25,144 nt of DNA, from IMG/VR virus record IMGVR_UViG_3300031379_000020; one strand, written 5' to 3'. Within the stretch, counting starts at the first letter, position 1, and each line of letters begins with the position of its first letter. The DNA is from a virus. The notes beneath the pieces were generated by a model. It saw only the letters and a program-made list of their open reading frames with translations. It ran no database searches and was not told where the DNA came from. Made by a program: the position numbers and the translations under genes. This document shows positions 9,501 to 16,859 of this stretch, piece by piece.

Positions 9501-10389
9501 TGGCGCATTTGGTGGATCAGTTAATCTTACATGGGATGATACCACTTTACATATAGCCGGGTCATTAAAAACTACTGTTGGAAGTCCAGTTTTCTATAAT
9601 ACTACTGATACTAGTCAACGATGTACATGGGCTATGAATGTAGCAGATTGGATTTCAATATATAATTATGACGAAACGGGGCCTGCTTTTAAAAATATGA
9701 GATTTGGTAGCAATATATCAACACAAGGGTTAGAAATTAATGGAATTACTGGTCATGTAGGAATAACTGCGACTCCTTCTGCTACTTATGATTTATATGT
9801 CGGTGGATCAGTATATGCTAGTGGGGATATCGATATAGGCGCCATAAATGCTACTGCGAAACTATACGTGTATCATGATATAGGGACTCAATATGTAGCC
9901 TATTTTGATCAAGATAACCCAACTGGGCATGGTATTAGAGTAGATATTGATGCAGCATCCGGAACAAGTTATACATTATTCAGAGGGTACAGAAGTGCTA
10001 TAAAGATTGCCGAGCTTCGTTCAGACGGCGATTGGTGGGCACATGATTTTGTTCAGAGTTCTGATAAAAGATTAAAAGATGTTTATCAAACTGTACCTGA
10101 TGGACTTGAATCAGTATTGAAATTAAATCCTGTTACTTACAGATGGAAAGATAAAAGTGATGATTATATTCATACGGGATTTATCGCCCAGGAAGTACAA
10201 AAACTCTTTCCTGAGCTTGTTAAAGACGATAGTGACGGTTTTTTATCGCTTTCGTATGGTAGGATGTCTGCATTAGCTATAGCCGGTGTACAAGGATTAA
10301 ATTGTAAAGTTGATACTATTGAAGATAAACTTCGAAAAGAGATTGTGGGTTTAAAATTAAGAGTTAAAGAATTAGAAGAAAATGGCTAA
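6568..10389 (+). CDS. Long tail fibre with C-terminal intramolecular chaperone (peptidase S74-like, autocleaving)
   Basis: 1273 aa, G/T/S/A-rich. SSDKRLKD..LESVLKLNPVTYRWKD...HTGFIAQEVQKLFPELV...LSLSYGRMSALAIAGVQ followed by a coiled coil, starting at 10060. Confidence 0.9.
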   Translation: MARFGSIPTQLDIPAGNFVRRNAGDTAFEAAGDVVIDGDFSSQGICLRGATPGVYAIMTGSSAVNTVEGTLTNDATHMPTSAAVYAAIGALPTYSFSNGLTETAGAVKLGGTLTQATNVYGDPTNKLTLGSIWTGTDSAKLAFHSDASVDLKVYANDNWTGAQTQISIGKNSILLKASDASSVDKSITISGSLIQILDAQDTKGMQYAADYSINGAAIGARWIPDKGYVDAAVSSVSYTFTNGLAESAGVVKLGGPLTGTTDLTNAVAGTYALNIGTSSNYLGAVTVNAEGISLIGRNNSNISFYTGTGLINLQGDTVITSTKVIGTQTSVDNTYSLAAYDTDGTAYTNFITFTAGTTPTMTFPQSGGGTDNYLNADGGWSIPPGTVPTDNILDWDGTAYAPYSAQTTGAFDSSATNPISAVNRLNFDGEFYAYNIYAANATDHVTITSGGQVLIYTGGADQMIFQPYVSDGAGAYGYSFDTENTLSTEGSKVAIFKNNSTEVFTVYGGGQLLISERALTGLPAPAATQGFIYMDSADDKLYFKNSATTYDLTSSVGSATFIGDTDTPADWTGGVGGWLVMVNSTPDAVEFIDPSGYAINNFSGTLTGNWTITGNNTYRWRVESVHAATGSVYAEISDSGKSFNTVSWSGADYTGGYGSLYVDDALVNLTLDDTSNQKVIAITASAMTITDAISSIGFQYAADYKTDGMSLGDRWIPDKGYVDDYFNGQIITITSLATDDIMKWSGSAWINTPIPTGGTNHALLSATHTDTANVAVTRGDIIYGDNSTQWNVLNISATATHLLRTDGTDLSWGVFNFGNLGTTPSVLGGRISDTKTNFNAACSNGTFMYVGDAPTAHSHGGISNTGHIGAAANLPLITGTAGLITTGTFGTAVYTFCVGNDARLSNARTPTAHAMDSATYHTSSDTTTLNATIVKHGFLKKLSNIATQYMNGVGNWTVPAGGAANPAGSDTHIQFNDSGAFGGSVNLTWDDTTLHIAGSLKTTVGSPVFYNTTDTSQRCTWAMNVADWISIYNYDETGPAFKNMRFGSNISTQGLEINGITGHVGITATPSATYDLYVGGSVYASGDIDIGAINATAKLYVYHDIGTQYVAYFDQDNPTGHGIRVDIDAASGTSYTLFRGYRSAIKIAELRSDGDWWAHDFVQSSDKRLKDVYQTVPDGLESVLKLNPVTYRWKDKSDDYIHTGFIAQEVQKLFPELVKDDSDGFLSLSYGRMSALAIAGVQGLNCKVDTIEDKLRKEIVGLKLRVKELEENG
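6898..7258 (+). repeat. Internal ~120-codon repeat of the tail fibre, copy 1 (partner 8377-8737)
   Basis: GTLT at 6898/8377, CAGTATGCTGCTGATTAT identical at 7183/8662, and a 28-nt block (27 identical) at 7231/8710. All three offsets equal 1479 nt. Confidence 0.85.
8377..8737 (+). repeat. Internal ~120-codon repeat of the tail fibre, copy 2 (partner 6898-7258)
   Basis: QYAADY.......G.RWIPDKGYVD occurs in both copies at the same ungapped offset. Confidence 0.85.
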
Positions 10390-11719
10390 AGTTCCAGATA
10401 CAGATACATTTGCACTGTCTGATGTTGATGTAGTTCTTTCTGAGGATAGTGAGAATGGGCTATTTGATTGGGTTACTGATTCGGTGGGTAAAGCAATGTT
10501 ACATGGCGCACTTAATAGTGATGTTGTAATTGGTAGTCGTATAACTATAACAGATTCAACATATTATAACGGTACACATACTGTTACGGCCCGTACAGAT
10601 ACTACTATTACTATTGATGCTAATTACATTGATACTGATCTTGGTAAGTGGGATCTTGAACTTTACAGTCTTGGGGATATGTTTACAGCAGCTGTAGATA
10701 ATAAATTTGATTGGCGATATAGCGTAGCAAAAGATCGTTTAAGTAATTTCAGAAATTATGGTACCCCAGGCACAGGTGTACTTACAGCCGGAGATCATGA
10801 TGATCAGGCCGGTTATCATTGGGGGCTTCATGGGAATCAGCATTGGGTTTTTATTGCTTGTATGGAATTTGGGGTTCGTTGTTATGATGTATCTACTTTA
10901 GGAATGTTAACGTTAAAAAATACTGCGGGCGCACCTGGGAATGAGGGTTTTATTGATGTTTGGACTCAAAGTAGTAAATTATTTTTAACTTCTCAAGATA
11001 GTGTTGCTGATGTTAATTATTTGAGGTCATATACTTATAATACAGTAACAGGAGTAATGGTGGCGGCAGACGTTATACAGGCTAGCACTGAGACTGGTGC
11101 GCATCATATTTTTGGTGATGGAAGTAATCTTATATTTGTTACACAGCCGTTTGGCCTTAGTACATATGGAATACATAGTTTTACATATGATATTAATGGT
11201 AATTTAACATTCAAAGATGTATATAATGCTGATCTTGCATTTTATTATAAAGGTGTTTATGTAGATGGGTATCTTTTTGTCGTGGGTAGTAATGGCATCA
11301 CTTCTTTTACAAGAAATATAACTACTGGAGTTCTTACTAGAGTTGATAACGATAACACAGGAACATTTGTTGGAAACAGTATTATTTATGATAGTAATAG
11401 TGGTTTGTTATTTGTGGGTTCGGACGCAGATGGAGCAATAGTCTATTCTCATAGCTCAGGAACTCTTACTCAAGAATATCGTCAGGGGTCGGGGGTTCGG
11501 AAACATCCAGCTTATCATTCTGCTGCAAATTATCTTTATTATATTGACGGTTCAAATGTTCTTAGATATAAACGCAATGTTAATGATGACCTTGATTACA
11601 TTGGGTCACAGGCTTTAGGTATAGTTGAACGATTATTTATATGGAGTGGGGCTCCAAATATTTTAATAGCCAGTGATGGATACGATGGAATTCGAACTTA
11701 CGGAATAGATTATGATTAA
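10382..11719 (+). CDS. Putative fibre-tip adhesin / receptor-binding protein with an about 7-bladed beta-propeller
   Basis: Overlaps the fibre stop. N-terminal VPDTDTFALSDV...SLGDMF..A...FD..Y...KDRLSNFRNYG. About seven LVIVD-like repeats (e.g. FIACMEFGVRCYDV, YLFVVGSNGITSF, LLFVGSDADGAIVY, ILIASDGYDGIRTY). Confidence 0.6.
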   Translation: MAKVPDTDTFALSDVDVVLSEDSENGLFDWVTDSVGKAMLHGALNSDVVIGSRITITDSTYYNGTHTVTARTDTTITIDANYIDTDLGKWDLELYSLGDMFTAAVDNKFDWRYSVAKDRLSNFRNYGTPGTGVLTAGDHDDQAGYHWGLHGNQHWVFIACMEFGVRCYDVSTLGMLTLKNTAGAPGNEGFIDVWTQSSKLFLTSQDSVADVNYLRSYTYNTVTGVMVAADVIQASTETGAHHIFGDGSNLIFVTQPFGLSTYGIHSFTYDINGNLTFKDVYNADLAFYYKGVYVDGYLFVVGSNGITSFTRNITTGVLTRVDNDNTGTFVGNSIIYDSNSGLLFVGSDADGAIVYSHSSGTLTQEYRQGSGVRKHPAYHSAANYLYYIDGSNVLRYKRNVNDDLDYIGSQALGIVERLFIWSGAPNILIASDGYDGIRTYGIDYD

Positions 11720-11729
11720 ATGGTAATGG

Positions 11730-11761
11730 TTTGGAAGTTACAATAAAAAAGACTACTTTTG
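11730..11761 (+). promoter_or_regulatory. Bacteroidota primary-sigma-type promoter (-33 TTTG / -7 TAnnTTTG)
   Basis: TTTG (11730-11733), 20 nt, then TACTTTTG (11754-11761): an exact match to the established TTTG-N19-21-TAnnTTTG consensus, in an intergenic gap. Confidence 0.75.
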
Positions 11762-11795
11762 TATTAATGTTTAACATTTCATAAATTTAATTAAG

Positions 11796-12113
11796 ATGGC
11801 AAAAATTAATTTTAGTCTAGTATTAACTAAGCTTGAAGGGGACCCTTTGAAAGACGATAAGCAAGAGGATTTGACATTAGCTGGCGCGGCTAAGCAGGCC
11901 TTATTGGCTTTGGATGAGAAGCAGACCGGAGAACAGAAATATGAACGTTATTGTTTAGCTACGAAAGTAGCAAATGGTGGTGAGGTTACTTTGAAATCTG
12001 AAGAAATTTCCACAATTAAAGAAGTAATTGGAAAATATATGTATCCTATTGTGGTTGGTCAAGCCTGGGATCTCCTGGAAGGAAAAGCTTCAAAAGCCGC
12101 ATTGACAAAATAA
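11796..12113 (+). CDS. Conserved-type phage hypothetical protein (105 aa) often seen after tail fibre genes
   Basis: Clean ORF with an AT-rich leader. The pattern KYERYCLATKV...EVTLKSEEISTIKEVIGKYMYPIVVGQAWDLLEG is recalled from phage tail-distal small proteins (not searched). Confidence 0.65.
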   Translation: MAKINFSLVLTKLEGDPLKDDKQEDLTLAGAAKQALLALDEKQTGEQKYERYCLATKVANGGEVTLKSEEISTIKEVIGKYMYPIVVGQAWDLLEGKASKAALTK

Positions 12114-12119
12114 AGAAAA

Positions 12120-12380
12120 ATGACTTCAGAAAGTACCAACAGCTGCCCGTATGAATGCAGCAAATCGGATGTAATAGATCAGACTGCAGAGGATATTCAA
12201 TCCCTTAAAATAACTGTTGATCGTATTGACAGGGCTCTTCAAGGCGATGAATATCATCCTAACGGTTTGGTAAGGCAAAGAGTAAAAGATCATAGACGTA
12301 TAGTTCGTATAGAGCGTTTTTTATGGACAGCCGGTGGTGCAGTGAGTGTTGGTATACTTATTTTTAAAGTCCTATTTTAA
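12120..12380 (+). CDS. Holin-like / XhlA-like protein with a coiled coil and a single C-terminal TM helix
   Basis: Coiled coil IQSLKITVDRIDRAL followed by the terminal hydrophobic helix FLWTAGGAVSVGILIFKVLF. Confidence 0.55.
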   Translation: MTSESTNSCPYECSKSDVIDQTAEDIQSLKITVDRIDRALQGDEYHPNGLVRQRVKDHRRIVRIERFLWTAGGAVSVGILIFKVLF

Positions 12381-12655
12381 TGAAATGGGCAATAACTTTA
12401 ACTTGGTCGAAATTGGTGGCAACCGTGATACTTATTGTTGGCTCCATTATCTCCTTTATCATAATAAAAACTAATAAGGACTTAGCCGTGGAAGTATTCC
12501 TCAAGACTACTACCATATCTGCTGGTCTATTAGGATGGAGACAAGCAGCCAATGTAGTGAAGAGGGCCATTCCGGCTAAAATAATAAACAGGCTGACGAA
12601 TGACGATAGAATTTCAGACGAACATTCTAAAGTACCTGTTACAGACCCCCAATAG
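12380..12655 (+). CDS. Putative holin (two hydrophobic helices)
   Basis: TM LVATVILIVGSIISFIII and a second weaker segment VFLKTTTISAGLLGW. TAATG coupling to the previous gene. The 3' end overlaps the helicase start by 56 nt. Confidence 0.5.
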   Translation: MKWAITLTWSKLVATVILIVGSIISFIIIKTNKDLAVEVFLKTTTISAGLLGWRQAANVVKRAIPAKIINRLTNDDRISDEHSKVPVTDPQ

Positions 12656-13925
12656 TGGTCAATATTTTCAGCATTTAGACAGTTCCGTATTTGATCTTGT
12701 AACACACAGGATTGCGTTTGACACACTTTATAAGTATTTTAAACAATACGGTGATACGCCTACGCCACTAGTTGCCGAGCAATTGCTACAGGAGGATCTG
12801 AGCAGTACCAAAGATTTACCCGAGACAATAAGCGGAGAATTAATTAAAATATTCGCAAGTTTCAAAGATCCACTTAACGCCAGAGATCGAGCATATATAG
12901 ATAATTTCATTGTCAGCGAGATCCAGAATAAACAGGCGGATAAACATATCATGAGTTACGGGGATGAGAAGCTTTCCCTGGAACAGCTTACCTCAAAGTT
13001 GGGGCAATTGAACTTGATTGGTCAAAATGCTGCAGCGGACACTGATGGGCTACTTATTGAGGACCGTCGGTTTCATAGTGACGACCTGGAAGACGGAGCC
13101 CCGACATTCCTATACGACCTCAATAGTATGACCGCAGCGGGGGGATTCTACTCTCCACAGTTGGTTGTTTTTGCATCGGGTCCAAAACATTTCAAAACCG
13201 GATTTATAATCAAATTAGCTGTAGAGTATGCCAGAGATGGATACAAGGTCTATTATGCTGATGGCGAGAATGGTAAGAGATCTATTCGACGCAGAGCAAA
13301 GATGTCCATCATGGAATGCACTGCTTATGACCTTCGAATGAGTGGTGAATCAGATATCACACTACATAATTTTAAGAAATACAGTACATTGTTTAGTCCT
13401 GACGGTGGAGATCTGTTCATAGACTACTGGCCAGCTAATACAGCTACTGTCGGCGATGTAAAAAACAGACTTGCTTACATAAAAGAAACAAGGAATTGGA
13501 GTCCGGATATAATCATATGGGATTCCATCGATCATTTCCTACCGACTAATCCTGATGATCGGAGAAGGGATACCAGAATCCAGATCCAGAAAGTATATCA
13601 CGAAGTAATAGCCCTTAATACAGAACTCTCCACATTCGCTATAGCGCCCTCCCAAGTGAACAAAGCGGCCATTGATAAGAAAGTATTTGACATGAAGGAC
13701 CTGAATGAGGACTTTGGTAAGGTCATGAATGCGCATGCTGTATTTGCCATCTGCGCCACTAAGGAAGAACTCCAGGCAAAGATTAGGCGGATTGTTTCAG
13801 TGGTGCAGAGAGAGGGGGAGAAATATGATGGCCAGAATCAATGTGTGATCCATGTTGATGAAGCTGTGGGTAAGGTACAGGAAGTTGACAAAGAGGCGTA
13901 CTATAAAAATCTAGAGGATGATTAA
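12600..13925 (+). CDS. dnaB: Replicative DNA helicase, DnaB/T4 gp41-like (SF4)
   Basis: Helical N-terminal domain, P-loop FASGPKHFKT, YYADGEN, Walker B IIIWDSIDH, H3 PSQVNK, H4-like DLNEDFGKVMNAHAVF. Followed by a primase. Confidence 0.85.
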   Translation: MTIEFQTNILKYLLQTPNSGQYFQHLDSSVFDLVTHRIAFDTLYKYFKQYGDTPTPLVAEQLLQEDLSSTKDLPETISGELIKIFASFKDPLNARDRAYIDNFIVSEIQNKQADKHIMSYGDEKLSLEQLTSKLGQLNLIGQNAAADTDGLLIEDRRFHSDDLEDGAPTFLYDLNSMTAAGGFYSPQLVVFASGPKHFKTGFIIKLAVEYARDGYKVYYADGENGKRSIRRRAKMSIMECTAYDLRMSGESDITLHNFKKYSTLFSPDGGDLFIDYWPANTATVGDVKNRLAYIKETRNWSPDIIIWDSIDHFLPTNPDDRRRDTRIQIQKVYHEVIALNTELSTFAIAPSQVNKAAIDKKVFDMKDLNEDFGKVMNAHAVFAICATKEELQAKIRRIVSVVQREGEKYDGQNQCVIHVDEAVGKVQEVDKEAYYKNLEDD

Positions 13926-14883
13926 TGAAGGACAGGCGTTCGCGTATTTTGATGCAGTACATGGGCCACTCAGGCCATCAACTAATGGTTGGTATGATGG
14001 GATATGCCCTTTATGTGGTGAGATGAAGTTGGCGGTTACCTTCGAATATAATCTGGTTAAGTGTTGGAAAGGGTGTTTTGACCGACAATTTATTATTGAT
14101 TTTATACAGAATATAGAGGGTGTTCGAAGGTTTGAGGCGTATGAAATACTTGAATCGTATGAAGCTCTACCATTGGAGTATACTTACAGGGAACATGGTC
14201 AGGTTGAAGTTTCTGATGTCACCCTTCCCGCCGGATATCAAGGCCTGTTACGCGGGGAGGGTGTCATTGGAGATAGAGCTAGGACTTATTTATCAGGTCG
14301 TGGCTTTGACCTGGAGCATTTGGACAACTTGGGAGTAGGCTACTGTATTGACCAGCATGAGGATAACAAAAAGAATTTTTTCGGGTACATCATTATCCCA
14401 CTTAAAAAGAATGGCAAGCTGGTGTACTATCTGGCCCGGGATTTTATGGGAAACTTCCCCAGGTACAAGAATCCTCCAAAGGAGTTGTTCGGAGTAGGGA
14501 AATCACAGTTTTTATTCAATGAGGAGGCCCTGCATCTTTATGATAGTGTCTATTTAACTGAGGGCTGGGCAGACGCGGCGACCTTGGGACCTAATGGAAT
14601 TTCATACCAGGGCCTGGATTTGAGTGTTTATCAGAGCACAGCGATCATCGAATCCCCCGTGATGGAAGTGGTTGTCATTCCGGATATTGGAGCATATAAA
14701 GAAGGGCTGAAGCAGGCCCAGAAGTTGTATAAGCATAAAAAAGTAAAAGTAATAGACCTTTCACAATTAAATACAACCGGTAAGGATGTTAACGGTATAG
14801 GAAAGCTTCCCGTGGAAAGATTGGTCGATAAGACTGATTATTTGACCTGGGCCGGGCTTTATAAAGGATTAAAAGATGGATAG
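13918..14883 (+). CDS. DNA primase (zinc-binding domain + TOPRIM)
   Basis: CPLCG...KCWKGC zinc finger, ARTYLSGRG, IIIPL...YYLARDF...PRYKNP, and TOPRIM VYLTEGWADA. Confidence 0.88.
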   Translation: MINEGQAFAYFDAVHGPLRPSTNGWYDGICPLCGEMKLAVTFEYNLVKCWKGCFDRQFIIDFIQNIEGVRRFEAYEILESYEALPLEYTYREHGQVEVSDVTLPAGYQGLLRGEGVIGDRARTYLSGRGFDLEHLDNLGVGYCIDQHEDNKKNFFGYIIIPLKKNGKLVYYLARDFMGNFPRYKNPPKELFGVGKSQFLFNEEALHLYDSVYLTEGWADAATLGPNGISYQGLDLSVYQSTAIIESPVMEVVVIPDIGAYKEGLKQAQKLYKHKKVKVIDLSQLNTTGKDVNGIGKLPVERLVDKTDYLTWAGLYKGLKDG

Positions 14884-15727
14884 AGATCCGGCAATACATG
14901 TGAAACGATCAGACCTGTTACGAATATGCAAGGAAGAAGGGATAACTTTTCCTGAGGATTTTGTATCAGCCTTAATGTTGAAATCTTCAAAAATTAAATT
15001 AAACAATAGAGTGATTGTTACTGTCAAGGCTAAAACAGCATCTAAAATTGCCAGGACAGCAGCTACCTCTGATAATATAGTAGCGCAATTTAATAGTGTG
15101 TATATGGGCGCTCTTCGGAATCATGATAGGAGGCCTACGCCGATCCATAAAGGTACTAAACAATATTTGGCTTTAAAAGAGGTGGCCACAGCTGCACACA
15201 ATTTTGCGAAGGATTACAAAATAAAATCCACGACTGAGGCGTTCAAAATTTATGTGGGACTCGGCATAACGATTATCGGTGCGGGCAAGATTACCATATA
15301 CCGGATGAAGGGTGCTGATTATAAGATCCGGGACCGGTATGAGAACATGGAAATATTGAAACTAGTAGATCCGTTACAGACACAGATAGCCCACGCTGCC
15401 TGGGATCGTTCGCTCAAAAACTTCCATAATTTGAGCATGGAGGTGAATCAGGATCAACTAGCTGATATAGCTCAGGCTTCGCATGACGCTAAAAAATCTA
15501 GTGCTGATATAAATGATTGGATGGATGCCCAGTTCGATAAGTGGACTTTCATGAACTCTATGCCGGAATTCTCTCAGTTATATGGTGATAATGCCAAACT
15601 TGCATACACGAAATATATGGCCAGTAAAGGTCAAGAATACACTAATGACGCTGAGCGTCAACATTTTGAAACCGTAAAAAATGAAAAGAAAATCCCCATT
15701 AAAGGCGAGAAGCGCCAAAGAGGCTAA
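14876..15727 (+). CDS. Hypothetical replication-module protein (283 aa, basic, helical)
   Basis: Long ORF overlapping its neighbours on both sides; no motif recognised. Confidence 0.75.
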   Translation: MDRDPAIHVKRSDLLRICKEEGITFPEDFVSALMLKSSKIKLNNRVIVTVKAKTASKIARTAATSDNIVAQFNSVYMGALRNHDRRPTPIHKGTKQYLALKEVATAAHNFAKDYKIKSTTEAFKIYVGLGITIIGAGKITIYRMKGADYKIRDRYENMEILKLVDPLQTQIAHAAWDRSLKNFHNLSMEVNQDQLADIAQASHDAKKSSADINDWMDAQFDKWTFMNSMPEFSQLYGDNAKLAYTKYMASKGQEYTNDAERQHFETVKNEKKIPIKGEKRQRG

Positions 15728-16121
15728 AATTAAGGCCGAGTACGCGAGAGTGTGCAAAGAAATTGATGAAGAAATGATTGATGAGTTGGGCTGTATGGTC
15801 TGTACTAGTTGCCACAGAAATCTTAGTGGCATCTCATGGGGCCATTCACATAACCTACCTAAAAGTCGATTTAAACATCTTGAGACAGATAAGAAGAACA
15901 TATCTCCCAGGTGCCAGGATTGGGGGGAGCATCACGGTTGTCACGAAAAACTGGATAACATGGAAATCCATGAGATTGTCACGTTTGAGGATTTCGATGA
16001 AATCATGGCTTATCGGTTTGAGAACGCCCCGGAGGAATACAATAAATTTGTGACCGCTATCATAGAATCCGACCCGCAAATAAATATAGATTATTATGAC
16101 GAAATTGAAGAAGAAGATTAG
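15681..16121 (+). CDS. NinG/Ref-like zinc-binding HNH-type nuclease
   Basis: Basic N-terminus MKRKSPLK, CTSC, HSHNLPKS, NISPRC...CH (His-Me finger pattern). Confidence 0.7.
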   Translation: MKRKSPLKARSAKEAKIKAEYARVCKEIDEEMIDELGCMVCTSCHRNLSGISWGHSHNLPKSRFKHLETDKKNISPRCQDWGEHHGCHEKLDNMEIHEIVTFEDFDEIMAYRFENAPEEYNKFVTAIIESDPQINIDYYDEIEEED

Positions 16122-16296
16122 AGTATTTATTAGTAAGATTCATAAGAATCCTACCCAAGGAAATCATTACTTCTGGTATCAGGCGAATACTGGAGGCAAG
16201 CGTACCATAGTTAAGGGATCACTTAAAGTGGTATCTGATAAACGTACAGAATTAATCGAGAAATATAAAAACGAGTACATAAAAACAGGATCATGA
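16096..16296 (+). CDS. Small basic hypothetical protein (66 aa)
   Basis: Fills the gap between the nuclease and kinase genes, with an ATGA overlap at its 3' end. Confidence 0.5.
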   Translation: MTKLKKKIRVFISKIHKNPTQGNHYFWYQANTGGKRTIVKGSLKVVSDKRTELIEKYKNEYIKTGS

Positions 16297-16859
16297 GCAA
16301 ATTAATTATTGGAATTTCAGGAAAGAAGAGACGCGGAAAAGACACCGCAGCAATGTACCTTAGCAGCCTTCTGGGAGGTTCGAACACTAAGACGATGTAT
16401 TGGGCCACTAAGTTGAAGATCGCAGCAGCAGAGATGCTAGGACTGCCTCCCTACCACTTTTTTACAGATGCCAACAAGGATAAGAAATATGAAATAGCTG
16501 CCGCTATATTTATGACTGGGCGACAAATCCTTCAGCTGTTAGGCACTGATTGCTTCAGGGCTCTATTCCACCCGAATTTTTGGGTGTTTCAGGTTATGAG
16601 AGATATCCTGGCTAGGAAGGAAAAATTTATTATTATTCCGGATACCAGATTTCCGAACGAATATGAGGCTATCAAAGACCAGGGTGGGTATGTGATCCGG
16701 GTTGAAAGGACCATGCCTGTGATGGATGGCGATGATCATGTGTCTGAGACAGCGTTAGATGGTTATGATTTTGATCTCGTCGTAGATAATAACGGGGATA
16801 TATTTGGAGAAAACTTCACAGAGCCTTTAATGCAATTCGTTGAAGATTATTGTAGGTAA
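16293..16859 (+). CDS. Deoxynucleoside monophosphate kinase (T4 gp1-like)
   Basis: IIGISGKKRRGKDTAA P-loop, TGRQILQLLGTDCFR, IIIPDTRFPNEY, H.SETALD. Confidence 0.9.
   Translation: MSKLIIGISGKKRRGKDTAAMYLSSLLGGSNTKTMYWATKLKIAAAEMLGLPPYHFFTDANKDKKYEIAAAIFMTGRQILQLLGTDCFRALFHPNFWVFQVMRDILARKEKFIIIPDTRFPNEYEAIKDQGGYVIRVERTMPVMDGDDHVSETALDGYDFDLVVDNNGDIFGENFTEPLMQFVEDYCR

Noticed and set aside
11720-11795. Intrinsic terminator after the adhesin gene
   Set aside because: Only a weak A/T-paired stem (AAAAG-acta-CTTTT) with no GC-rich hairpin; the region is better explained as a promoter.
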